A stretch of 48,005 bases of DNA from Candidatus Korobacteraceae bacterium. Lineage in GTDB: Bacteria > Acidobacteriota > Terriglobia > Terriglobales > Acidobacteriaceae. Where the stretch lies: assembly GCA_049516475.1 (NCBI GenBank), contig JBEKTC010000004.1:1-48005 (forward strand), in the 5' to 3' direction. Within the stretch, counting starts at the first letter, position 1, and each line of letters starts with the position of its first letter. Made by a program: the position numbers and the translations under genes. The notes under the pieces were generated by a model, which did no database searches, was not told the DNA's origin, and saw nothing but the letters and a program-made list of their open reading frames with translations. Positions 38,405-47,196 of the stretch are shown piece after piece.

Positions 38405-38481
38405 CAACTAGCGATTAGCAAGACAGCATCGACGGATCTATCATCCGGCGAATGGCGAAAAGCGAGCGGCGAAAAGCGTCC
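38390..38481. repeat. Two imperfect heptanucleotide arrays between convergent amidase pseudogene and murB
   Basis: gcaatta gcaatta gcaacta gcgatta gcaag (38390-38422) contains the amidase stop. ggcgaat ggcgaaa agcgagc ggcgaaa agcgtcc (38447-38481). Confidence 0.8.
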
Positions 38482-38483
38482 TC

Positions 38484-39530
38484 TCAAAAGCCCACGAACA
38501 CCGGCTCGAGATCGAGCTTGATCCCGAAAGTGTCCATCACGCGCGCTTGAATTTCATCCTTCAATGCGATGATCTCAGCCGCGGTCGCTCCGCCGCGGTT
38601 GATGATCGCTAACGCGTGCCTTTGAGAGATGCCCACACGGCCCTTGCGATAGCCCTTGGCGAAGCCCGCGTGTTCCACCAGCCAGGCTGCCGGCAATTTG
38701 CGTCCGTCTGCCGAGGGGTAACTCGGCAATTGCAGACCGCGAGACGCGAGCCTCGCCGACAGCTCCTCGAAGACTGCCCGCGGCACAATCGGGTTCTTGA
38801 AGAACGATCCCACACTGTGGGAGTCCTCATCGCCAGGAACAATCAGCATTGCCTTGCGCTGACGGATTTCGCGAACTGCTTCTCTAACGTCGGAGAGGGT
38901 TGGCGCATTCGCCCGGCCCGCGAAGAACTGTTCGAGGTCGGCATAACGAACGCTTGGCTCGCCATTCTGCCGCAGAGCAAAGGAGACGCGCAGGATCACA
39001 TAGCGCCCGCGCTCGGCTGTGTTGAAGATACTGCTGCGATAGGCAAACCCGCACTGCACATTCGAGAGCGTGGTGATCTCCCGCGACCGCAGGTCAAGCA
39101 CACGCACTTCCTGGATAGTCCCGGAAACTTCCTGACCGTAGGCACCGACATTCTGCACCGGCGTGCCGCCCACGGTGCCGGGTATTCCGCTGAGGCACTC
39201 CAGCCCGGCGCAACCGGCTTCGACGGTTTGCGCCACCAGGGTGTCCCAGTCGTACCCCGCACCTGCGATAAATGTCACTTGACCGTGTGACGCCGTAGAT
39301 TGCGCGAGGTCCGTGATGCCGACCTTAAGTACCAGCCCAGCGAATCCTGCGTCGTTGATGACGAGATTGCTTCCGCCTCCGAGCACGAACAGCGGCAGCC
39401 CGCGCGAGCGGGCAAACTCGGCGGCTTCCAACACATCGGCTTCATTCCGGGCTTCGGCGAAATAACGCGCTGGTCCGCCGACTGCAAGCGTCGTCAAGGG
39501 AGCAAGAGGTACATTCTCGCGGATCAGCAT
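38484..39530 (-). CDS. murB: UDP-N-acetylenolpyruvoylglucosamine reductase
   Basis: Start trimmed to MLIRENVPLAPLTTLAVGGPARYF (ATG at 39530). FAD-binding PCMH domain. GGGSNL and the C-terminal MurB domain are present. The upstream 66 codons of the ORF run through REP repeats. Confidence 0.88.
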   Translation of the reverse strand: MLIRENVPLAPLTTLAVGGPARYFAEARNEADVLEAAEFARSRGLPLFVLGGGSNLVINDAGFAGLVLKVGITDLAQSTASHGQVTFIAGAGYDWDTLVAQTVEAGCAGLECLSGIPGTVGGTPVQNVGAYGQEVSGTIQEVRVLDLRSREITTLSNVQCGFAYRSSIFNTAERGRYVILRVSFALRQNGEPSVRYADLEQFFAGRANAPTLSDVREAVREIRQRKAMLIVPGDEDSHSVGSFFKNPIVPRAVFEELSARLASRGLQLPSYPSADGRKLPAAWLVEHAGFAKGYRKGRVGISQRHALAIINRGGATAAEIIALKDEIQARVMDTFGIKLDLEPVFVGF

Positions 39531-39620
39531 GGGGATGAAGACACTATAAATGTTGTGAACGTTTCTGCTGATCGGATCCTTACGCGGGCCCGGTCTTGAC
39601 AGGCAGCCAAGAACTTCAAA

Positions 39621-39830
39621 AGCAGGTCCCTCCACTCGGGCTGAAGCCCTCGGTCGGGATGACACATTTTCGGGGTGAAGCCCCGGTGGGGATGACAAAC
39701 TTGAAGGACTTGTGACGGCGCACTCCATCGGCAGGCTCAGGGCAAGCTCAGGCAGGCTCTAAAGGTGCGCCCCTGCAAAACTCGCCGCAATCGACTTTTT
39801 CAGCAGCCTGCTAAATCATGCGGGCCTGTG
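39621..39830. repeat. REP-like hairpin cluster upstream of murB
   Basis: ctcgggctgaagccctcggtcgggatgaca (39635-39664) recurs perfectly at 42877-42906. A second unit is cggggtgaagccccggtggggatgaca. cgactttttcagcagcctg matches the ends of the fur-flanking elements. Confidence 0.75.
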
Positions 39831-40019
39831 ACGCACGTCACAGGCTGTTGGCCCGTCCAAAAGCTATTCTGAGTCTCGCTTATCCGCCGGAGCCGGGCCC
39901 ACCTCAGGCGGTTCGTCAAGCGCGAGTTGAACAACGGCAGGTTTCTTGACTTGCGTTCTTGGCGAACTCGATAATAAAGAGTTTGCTCATACGCTCCGCG
40001 TTCATAAGGAGTTTGCTTC

Positions 40020-40748
40020 GTGGCTTCCTCGGCCAGTTCTGTTGAAACCAGTGTCACACGGATTGGAAAGGGAGTAGCTCCGCTGCGTGCAGGCCAGGGC
40101 TATTCTTTTGTATTGCGCCGGCTGCATTCGCTGTCCGGCATCGTGCCCATCGGCGCGTTTCTGATCGAACACTTCATCTCCAATTCCGAATCGGCCAACG
40201 GCGTTCAGGCCTACAACGATCAGGTAAAGTTCCTCACCAGCTTGCCTTTCGTGCACGTGCTGGAGTGGGTCTTCATCTTCATTCCGCTGCTGTATCACGC
40301 ACTCTACGGAATCTGGATCTGGTATCGCGGCGACTCGAACGTCAGCGAGTATCCGTGGAGCGGCAACTGGCTCTATACCTCGCAGCGCTGGACTGGAATC
40401 ATCGCCTTCGCCTACATCCTGTATCACGTCATCGACATGCGCTTTATGGGTGTGCATTTGATGGGCGGCGGCTATAACAACTCGTTCTCGAAGGTGTGGT
40501 TCGACTTTCAGAACCCGTGGACGGTGGCCATCTATGTAATCGGAATTGTGGCTGCGTCATGGCACTTCTCCTACGGCGTTTGGCTGTTCGCCGCCAAGTG
40601 GGGGCTGACGGTGGGCGACAAGGCGCGTCGCAAGTTCGGTTTTGTGTGCTTAGGGCTGGCGATTGCTCTAGTCGGCATTGGGCTGTGGAGCGTAACCGGT
40701 TTCGTGCGGACGCCGGCGGACCAGGTTCCCTGGGTGGAACACGACTAG
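40020..40748 (+). CDS. sdhC: Succinate dehydrogenase/fumarate reductase cytochrome b subunit (b558 type)
   Basis: About 5 predicted TM helices with conserved His (LIEHF, LYHALYG, ILYHVID, SWHFSYG). It sits directly upstream of sdhA. The start is uncertain. Confidence 0.75.
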   Translation: MASSASSVETSVTRIGKGVAPLRAGQGYSFVLRRLHSLSGIVPIGAFLIEHFISNSESANGVQAYNDQVKFLTSLPFVHVLEWVFIFIPLLYHALYGIWIWYRGDSNVSEYPWSGNWLYTSQRWTGIIAFAYILYHVIDMRFMGVHLMGGGYNNSFSKVWFDFQNPWTVAIYVIGIVAASWHFSYGVWLFAAKWGLTVGDKARRKFGFVCLGLAIALVGIGLWSVTGFVRTPADQVPWVEHD

Positions 40749-40854
40749 TGTCTGCGGGAACGCAGTCCCTCGGCGGCTGAAGCCGCCTCGGGGTGACGAT
40801 AAAATATGAGGCTTGGACGCGGGCCTGAAGGCCCGCTCTACCCTAGAACTTCTT

Positions 40855-42642
40855 ATGGCACATCCTAATATTATCGTTGTTGGTGGCGGACTGGCGGGAC
40901 TCGCCGCGACCATCAAGATTGCCGAGATGGGAGGTCACGTCGACCTCTTCTCCATCGTTCCGGTGAAGCGGTCTCACTCGGTGTGCGCCCAGGGCGGCAT
41001 CAACGCCGCTAAGAACCTGAAGGGTGAAGGCGACTCCACCTGGATCCACTTTGACGACACCGTTTATGGCGGTGACTTCCTGGCGAACCAGCCGCCGGTG
41101 AAGGCCATGTGCGATTCGGCGCCCGGCGTCATCGACCTTCTCGATCGCATGGGCGTTCCCTTTAATCGCACTCCGGAAGGGCTGCTGGACTTCCGCCGTT
41201 TCGGCGGCACGCTCTACAACCGCACCGCGTTCGCTGGGGCGACTACCGGCCAGCAACTGCTCTACGCTCTCGATGAGCAGGTGCGACGCTACGAAGCCGA
41301 AGGCAAGGTCACGAAGTACGAAGCGTGGGAATTTCTCTCCGCGGTAATCGATGAAAATCGCGTCTGCCACGGTATTTGCGCGCTGGACCTGCGCGGCATG
41401 GGTGTACATACCTTCCCGGCGGAAGCTGTCATCATGGCGACCGGCGGTAACGGCGCGATCTTCGGCAAGTCGACAAATTCGGTCGTGTGCACCGGCTCGG
41501 CGCAATCGGCGCTTTACCAGCAGGGAGCGTTTTACGCCAACGGCGAATTCATCCAGGTGCATCCGACGTGCATTCCCGGCGAAGACAAGCTGCGCCTGAT
41601 GTCGGAGTCGGCGCGCGGAGAAGGCGGGCGCGTGTGGGTACCGAAGCAACCGGGCGACAAGCGCGATCCCAAGAGCATTCCCGAGGGCGAGCGCTGGTAC
41701 TTTCTGGAGGAGTGGTATCCCAAGTACGGCAATCTGGTGCCGCGCGACATTGCCACCCGCGCCATTCACAAGGTGGTTTACGAGCACAACCTTGGTATCG
41801 ACGGCCAGCCGATGGTCTATCTCGACCTGACGCATATCGACCGCAAGATCCTCGACCGCAAGCTGGAAGGCATCCTGGAAATCTACGAGAAGTTTGTCGG
41901 CGACGATCCGCGCGACGTCCCGATGAAGATTTTCCCCGGCATGCACTACACCATGGGCGGCCTGTGGGTCGACTTCGATCAGCGGACCAACATCGAAGGC
42001 CTATACGCCGCCGGCGAGTGCGACTACTCGATTCACGGCGCCAACCGGCTGGGCGCGAATTCCCTGCTGTCGTGCATCTATGGCGGATTCGTTGCCGGGC
42101 CACATTCGGTCAAGTACGCGCATGGCGTGATCAAGAGCGGAAAACATCCCGGGCAAAACGTCTTCGACTCGGAGCGGAAGCGGCAGGAAGAAATCAACGC
42201 TCGCCTGATGAAGAACGAGGGTACCGAGAATCCGTTCCTGCTGTGGCGCGAACTGGGCGAAACCATGACCAAGAATGTCACGGTGATTCGCTACAACAAG
42301 AACATTCGGGAGACCGACGAGAAGCTGGTGGAGTTGCTGGAGCGCTATCGCCATGTCAACCTGAGCGACAAGTCGATGTGGGCGAACACGTCGTTCGTCT
42401 TTGCGCGGCAGCTTTACAACATGCTGCAACTGGCGCGGGTGATTGCCCAGGGCGCGGGGATGCGCGACGAGTCGCGCGGGGCGCACTACAAGCCGGACTT
42501 CCCCGAGCGCGACGATGCCAATTGGTTGAAGACGACGAAAGCGTACTTTGCCGCCGATGCCGACGAGCCGCGCTTCGAGTTCGAGCCGGTAGATACGTCG
42601 CTGATTAAGCCGCGGCCGAGAAGGTACGACGCGGCGACGTAG
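40855..42642 (+). CDS. sdhA: Succinate dehydrogenase/fumarate reductase flavoprotein subunit
   Basis: IIVVGGGLAGLAA FAD motif. RSHSVCAQGG (covalent-FAD His). HYTMGG and RLGANSL blocks. Start at MAHPNII. Confidence 0.92.
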   Translation: MAHPNIIVVGGGLAGLAATIKIAEMGGHVDLFSIVPVKRSHSVCAQGGINAAKNLKGEGDSTWIHFDDTVYGGDFLANQPPVKAMCDSAPGVIDLLDRMGVPFNRTPEGLLDFRRFGGTLYNRTAFAGATTGQQLLYALDEQVRRYEAEGKVTKYEAWEFLSAVIDENRVCHGICALDLRGMGVHTFPAEAVIMATGGNGAIFGKSTNSVVCTGSAQSALYQQGAFYANGEFIQVHPTCIPGEDKLRLMSESARGEGGRVWVPKQPGDKRDPKSIPEGERWYFLEEWYPKYGNLVPRDIATRAIHKVVYEHNLGIDGQPMVYLDLTHIDRKILDRKLEGILEIYEKFVGDDPRDVPMKIFPGMHYTMGGLWVDFDQRTNIEGLYAAGECDYSIHGANRLGANSLLSCIYGGFVAGPHSVKYAHGVIKSGKHPGQNVFDSERKRQEEINARLMKNEGTENPFLLWRELGETMTKNVTVIRYNKNIRETDEKLVELLERYRHVNLSDKSMWANTSFVFARQLYNMLQLARVIAQGAGMRDESRGAHYKPDFPERDDANWLKTTKAYFAADADEPRFEFEPVDTSLIKPRPRRYDAAT

Positions 42643-42660
42643 AGCGGGGAATAGGGGCTT

Positions 42661-42740
42661 GGGATTAGGGATTAGTTTCAAGTTTCAAGTTTCAAGTTTC
42701 AAGTTTCAAGTTTCAAGTTTCAAGTTTCAAGTTTCAAGTT
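42661..42740. repeat. Heptanucleotide microsatellites: (GGGATTA)x2 followed by (GTTTCAA)x9 perfect units
   Basis: Read directly: gggatta gggatta (42661-42674), then nine perfect gtttcaa units (42675-42737) plus a partial gtt. Confidence 0.95.
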
Positions 42741-42983
42741 CAGAAGAACCTGAGTCCTGGCAGGACGGTGGAAAGCAGGTCCTTCGACTCCGGCGCGCAA
42801 AAGAAGCGCGCCTCCGCTCAGGATGAGACGTCGTTATTTGCGATTCTGGCGAAGAGACGAACAGCAGATCCCTCCGCTCGGGCTGAAGCCCTCGGTCGGG
42901 ATGACACTCCTAAGGCGGGATGGCACTTTAATTGGATTAATTTGCTGACAGCCCATAGCTGAAAGCTGACGGCTTCTAACAAC

Positions 42984-43736
42984 ATGGCAAACTCTAAAAC
43001 CGTACTCATAAAGATCAAACGGCAAGACACTCCCGAGTCGAAGCCGTACTGGGAAGAATTCGAACTACAGTTCCGCCCGGGCATGAACGTGACCTCGGCG
43101 CTGATGGACATTGCCGCCAATCCGGTGACGCGCCAAGGCAAGGCCACCACGCCGGTAACCTACGATTCCAATTGCTTGGAAGAAGTCTGCGGCTCGTGCG
43201 CCATGATCATCAACGGTACTGCGAAGATGGCTTGCTCGGCGCTGATCCATCAACTGAAGCAGCCGATAACGCTGGAACCGTTCTCCAAATTCCCCATCAT
43301 CCGCGACCTTGCGGTCGATCGCAGCGTGCTCTTCGAGAACCTGAAGAAAGTGAAGGCTTGGGTGCCGATGGATGGCACGTACGACCTCGGCTCCGGCCTA
43401 CGCCAATCGGCGCTGGAACAAGAGGAGGCTTATCCGCTGTCGCGTTGCATCTCGTGCTGCTGCTGCATGGAAGCGTGCCCGCAGTTCAACGAGAAGACCG
43501 GCTTTGTGGGCGCGGCCACCATCTCGCAAGTGCGTCTCTTCAACTCCCATCCCACGGGAAAGGGCCTAAAGATCGAGCGACTGCAAGCGCTGATGGGCGA
43601 CGGCGGCATCCAGGAATGCGGCTATGCGCAGAACTGCGTCGAAGTGTGCCCCAAGGACATTCCGTTGACCAAGTCCATCGCCGACGTGGGTGGGCAGGTA
43701 ATGTGGCAGGCGGTCAAGGATTTCTTCCGGACGTAG
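42984..43736 (+). CDS. sdhB: Succinate dehydrogenase/fumarate reductase iron-sulfur subunit
   Basis: 2Fe-2S motif CLEEVCGSC. Cys clusters CISCCCCMEACP and CVEVCP. 250 aa. Confidence 0.9.
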   Translation: MANSKTVLIKIKRQDTPESKPYWEEFELQFRPGMNVTSALMDIAANPVTRQGKATTPVTYDSNCLEEVCGSCAMIINGTAKMACSALIHQLKQPITLEPFSKFPIIRDLAVDRSVLFENLKKVKAWVPMDGTYDLGSGLRQSALEQEEAYPLSRCISCCCCMEACPQFNEKTGFVGAATISQVRLFNSHPTGKGLKIERLQALMGDGGIQECGYAQNCVEVCPKDIPLTKSIADVGGQVMWQAVKDFFRT

Positions 43737-43742
43737 GAATCA

Positions 43743-43970
43743 ATGTCGCCGCTACGCGGCTCCGGTTTTATTGAAACGCCGGACAACCGGGGCTTGCGCC
43801 CCGGTCTGTAGCAGCATAGACGCCGCTGCGCGGCTGGATGTCCTTTAGTGTCCTGACGGAATCTGGATTTCCGGTAGTGTCCTGATGGAATGCGGACAGT
43901 ACCGGGTTTCCCGGCAAGAAACGGCCAAGATACGCCACACTCAAGATACGCCGCACTGAGGTGCTAAGGA
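43743..43970. repeat. REP cluster (left copy) flanking the IS200-like/RAYT gene
   Basis: atgtcgccgctacgcggctccggttt...ccggggcttgcgccccgg...gccgctgcgcggc...acgccgcactgagg is repeated at 44609-44796. This copy has an extra internal duplication of about 29 nt. Confidence 0.85.
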
Positions 43971-44171
43971 GTACAGTGGCCGAGGCGCATGCGTGTAGCT
44001 AGCGGCACACAATGGATAGCCGGTGCGAATCGAAAGAAGCCGTGCAGGAAGTCGCTTTTCTATCGCGCACGACTCGAGCTGCGTAGCAGCAGCTTCGATG
44101 TGAGCCCGGGGCGCAAGCCCCGGGTGAACATGCGAAAAAAGTTTTCGGAGCCGCGTAGCGGCGACACATCC

Positions 44172-44609
44172 ATGGCACACACTTACACAATCAACCTGGC
44201 GCATTGCGTCTTCAGCACCAAGGGACGCCTGCCGCTCATCCGCGAGCCAGAAAAGGTGTGGAGCGTTCTTCGTGCCGTCGCACGCAACTCGCAAGTCAAT
44301 ATTCACGCGATCGGTGGTACGACAAACCACGTGCATCTGTTATTGGAGATACCTAAGACACGAGCCATCGCAGACGTGATCCGCGAATTGAAGGCGAATT
44401 CGTCGCTTCGCCTGCGGAAGGAGTCCTCAGCGTTCGCATGGCAAGATGGATATGGAGCCATCAGCGTGAGCCCGTCCGCGGTTGGCGCCGTTACAAGATA
44501 CATCGAGCACCAACCGGAACATCACCGCACCGCCGCCTTCGACGAGGAATATGTTTCAATACTCAACCGTGCGGGCGTGAAATACGATCCACAATACGTT
44601 TTGGATTGA
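44172..44609 (+). CDS. tnpA: IS200/IS605-family Y1 (HUH) transposase, REP-associated tyrosine transposase (RAYT)-like
   Basis: MAHTYTINLAHCVFSTKGR...NHVHLLLEIP (HUH)...GYGAISVS...VTRYIEHQ (catalytic Tyr helix). 145 aa. Start trimmed to the ATG at 44172. The inverted REP hairpin cccggggc-gcaa-gccccggg lies at 44105-44124, upstream. Confidence 0.85.
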   Translation: MAHTYTINLAHCVFSTKGRLPLIREPEKVWSVLRAVARNSQVNIHAIGGTTNHVHLLLEIPKTRAIADVIRELKANSSLRLRKESSAFAWQDGYGAISVSPSAVGAVTRYIEHQPEHHRTAAFDEEYVSILNRAGVKYDPQYVLD

Positions 44610-44796
44610 TGTCGCCGCTACGCGGCTCCGGTTTCATTGGAACACCGGACAACCGGGGCTTGCGCCCCGGTCTGTAGCAGCATAGCCGCCGCTGCGCGGC
44701 TGGATTTCCGGTTGTGTCCCGATGGAATGCGGACGGGGCTCGACTTCCCGGAAACACAAGAAACGGCAAAGGTACGCCGCACTGAGGCGCTACGGA
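44609..44796. repeat. REP cluster (right copy) flanking the RAYT gene
   Basis: Begins at the last base of the tnpA stop. It shares about 190 nt with 43743-43970 with scattered mismatches, and includes the hairpin ccggggcttgcgccccgg at 44653-44670. Confidence 0.85.
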
Positions 44797-44941
44797 GCCC
44801 CGGACTGTAACGGCGTAGCCGGCGCTCCGCGCCTTGATTCCTTCGTCGAAAAAACTGCTTAAGCCATTGGGCCCCAGTTCCGTTCAGTTCATTTACAATC
44901 CAAGCGCACCTATATTCTTCCGGGAGCGATCCATCAGCCTG

Positions 44942-46207
44942 ATGCGAAGTTCATCTCGACTTAGTCTCCTCATATTTCTATCTGCCACAATTGCTTTTTC
45001 ACAAACTACGCAATCGCCGACGGCTTCCGCCGCAACGCCGCAAGCCACCCAGAGGTGGCAGACGATTCACAACTCCGCCATCATCATCGACACGCACGCT
45101 GACACGCCGGGCCGCCTGGTTGACGAGAATTTCGATCTGGCGCAGGACGCGGGCACCGGCTATCTGGATTTCAATGAGATCAAGGCCGGCAACCTGGGTG
45201 CGGAGTTCTTCTCCATCTGGGTTGAACCTAAGGGCAACAAAGGCCATGAAGCCAAGCGCGCGCTGGACATGATCGATTCGGTATACGAGCAGGCGCGCCG
45301 ACATCCCGACAAGATGATGATGGCCTATGGCACACAGGACATTCTTACGGCGCATCGTGAGCACAAGCTGGCTGCGTTGCTCGGCGTCGAAGGCGGCCAC
45401 GCGATCGAGGGCGACATCCGCATTCTGCGTGACTATTACCGGCTGGGCGTGCGCTACATGACGCTGACCTGGTCGAACACCAACGACATTGGCGACTCCA
45501 GCGGCGACATGAACGACAAGAGCGTTCAGCATCACGGCGGTCTGACTCCTTTTGGGCGAGAGGTTGTAACCGAGATGAACCGGATGGGCATGATGGTCGA
45601 CATCTCGCATGTGGCCGACTCGACGTTCTATCAGGCTCTGGAGTTGAGCAAGGCGCCGGTGATTGCGTCGCATTCGTCTTCACGCGCGTTGACCAGTGCG
45701 CCGCGTAATATGACCGACGACATGTTACGCGCACTCGCGGGGAAAAACGGGGTTGCGCAGGTGAATTTCTATTGCGCGTTCGTTTCCCAGAAGTATCTGG
45801 ATACCGCGAAGCAACTGGGAGCTCAGCACGATGCTGATTACGAGAAAGTGCAGGCGCTGTTCATCAAGCCGCAGACGCCCGAGGTGGTGAAGGAGTTAGC
45901 CGACGCCAAGGCACGGCTTGGGCCCAAATTGCCTCGCCCGCCCTTGAGCGACTTGATCGACCACATCGACCACATGGTGAAAGTCGCGGGAGTGGACCAT
46001 GTCGGCCTCGGCTCCGACTTCGACGGCATCGATTGCTCGCCGCAAGGCCTTGACTCCGCAGCCGACTTGCCGAAAATTACTGAGGCGCTCTACCAGCGCG
46101 GATACAAAGCCGAGGATCTTGATAAGATTCTTGGTGGCAATCTGCTGCGGGTGTTTGGCGACGTGGAGAAGGTTTCGCAACAGATGCAGAAAGGGATTAG
46201 GGATTAG
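44942..46207 (+). CDS. M19-family membrane dipeptidase (renal-dipeptidase-like), secreted
   Basis: Signal peptide MRSSSRLSLLIFLSATIAFS. IIDTHADTP, VDISH, ASHSSSRAL and GLGSDFDG blocks. The stop TAG lies inside the (GGGATTA) array. Confidence 0.85.
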   Translation: MRSSSRLSLLIFLSATIAFSQTTQSPTASAATPQATQRWQTIHNSAIIIDTHADTPGRLVDENFDLAQDAGTGYLDFNEIKAGNLGAEFFSIWVEPKGNKGHEAKRALDMIDSVYEQARRHPDKMMMAYGTQDILTAHREHKLAALLGVEGGHAIEGDIRILRDYYRLGVRYMTLTWSNTNDIGDSSGDMNDKSVQHHGGLTPFGREVVTEMNRMGMMVDISHVADSTFYQALELSKAPVIASHSSSRALTSAPRNMTDDMLRALAGKNGVAQVNFYCAFVSQKYLDTAKQLGAQHDADYEKVQALFIKPQTPEVVKELADAKARLGPKLPRPPLSDLIDHIDHMVKVAGVDHVGLGSDFDGIDCSPQGLDSAADLPKITEALYQRGYKAEDLDKILGGNLLRVFGDVEKVSQQMQKGIRD

Positions 46208-46375
46208 GGATTAGGGGCTAGCAGTCCGGGGTCGCTGGTTCGTTGCCGGAATCCGAGCAATGGTTTCGACCTCGGAACCGCAGGTCGCTCCGCTTCGCTG
46301 CGGTCGGGATGACAAGAAGACATTTTGGGAGTCGACAGCGCCCACTAGTCCCAAGCCCCTAATCCCTAACCCCTA
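46193..46375. repeat. MITE-like unit: (GGGATTA)x3-GGGGCTA and an inverted CCCCTAATCCCTAACCCC bracketing a REP core
   Basis: gggattagggattagggattaggggcta (46193-46220) is matched by the reverse complement of 46351-46375, ggggttagggattaggggcttgg. The core contains gctccgcttcgctgcggtcgggatgaca. Confidence 0.75.
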
Positions 46376-46387
46376 CTTGGAGGAATC

Positions 46388-47035
46388 ATGAATAAGCTAT
46401 TGATCGCGGTCCTATGTCTCGCCAGTTTCGCACTCGCGCAGACCGGCAGCACAACCTCACAGCAGAAAACATCTGAGCCAACGGCGGTCATCGAGACCAG
46501 CGCAGGCAGCATTCACTGCACGCTTTTTCCGGAGAAGGCGCCCATTGGCGTCGCCAACTTTATTGGCTTGGCCACCGGCACCAAGGAGTGGAAAGATCCG
46601 AAGACCGGACAGATGATGAAGGGCGTGCCTCTCTATAACGGCACCGTCTTCCATCGTGTGATTCCCAACTTCATGATCCAAGGTGGAGATCCGATCGGCA
46701 CCGGCACCGGCGATCCGGGATATAAATTCAAGAACGAGGTCAGTCCCGGTCTAACGTTCGATCAGGCGGGGCGCCTGGCGTATGCGAACGCCGGACCTGA
46801 CACGAATGGCTCGCAATTCTTTGTCACCGAAGTACCGACGCAGTATCTGGATGGCAAATACACTATCTTCGGACAGTGCCAGGACATCGACTTGGTGAAG
46901 AAGATCGCGCGCCTGGCAGCCGACCCCCGAACCGATCGTCCTTACGATCCGCCGAAGATCATCCGAATCAAGATCACCGACCCGCGTCATCCGGCGGCAG
47001 CGGCAGGAGCAGGTAAGAGCACCCCAAGTCAGTAG
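46388..47035 (+). CDS. Cyclophilin-type peptidyl-prolyl cis-trans isomerase, secreted
   Basis: Signal peptide MNKLLIAVLCLASFALA. FHRVIPNFMIQGGDP and GSQFFV motifs. GGAGGA SD upstream. Confidence 0.9.
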   Translation: MNKLLIAVLCLASFALAQTGSTTSQQKTSEPTAVIETSAGSIHCTLFPEKAPIGVANFIGLATGTKEWKDPKTGQMMKGVPLYNGTVFHRVIPNFMIQGGDPIGTGTGDPGYKFKNEVSPGLTFDQAGRLAYANAGPDTNGSQFFVTEVPTQYLDGKYTIFGQCQDIDLVKKIARLAADPRTDRPYDPPKIIRIKITDPRHPAAAAGAGKSTPSQ

Positions 47036-47196
47036 GTAAATTCTGCCTAGGGGGGTGGGAATTTCTTACACTATGCCCTGCGGCGGACACGGATCACGCA
47101 TGGACGTGAGGTACGTCACAGCCGGACGGTGCAACCTCGGACACAATGGCAGCAGGGATGGGTGCCGAAGGCGTACCTGCCGTGGGAGAGTCGAGT

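Noticed and set aside
39531-39728. 66-codon N-terminal extension of the murB ORF
   Set aside because: It is translated from REP hairpin repeats. The canonical MurB N-terminus begins at MLIRENVPLAPLTT.
40843-42608. Long ORFs antisense to sdhA (40843..41946, -) or in an alternative frame of it (41487..42608, +)
   Set aside because: They are low-complexity Arg/Ala/Gly/Pro-rich translations. The sdhA frame carries the FAD-binding and covalent-His motifs, so these are shadow ORFs.
42661-42740. Heptamer arrays considered as a CRISPR array or as telomere-like repeats
   Set aside because: The units are 7 bp with no spacers, so this is not a CRISPR array. GGGATTA only superficially resembles TTAGGG or TTTAGGG telomere units, occurs in 2-3 copies, and is internal to a bacterial operon.
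43989-44171. 61-codon N-terminal extension of the tnpA ORF
   Set aside because: It contains the inverted REP hairpin. IS200/RAYT proteins begin close to the MAHTYT...HCVFSTK block.
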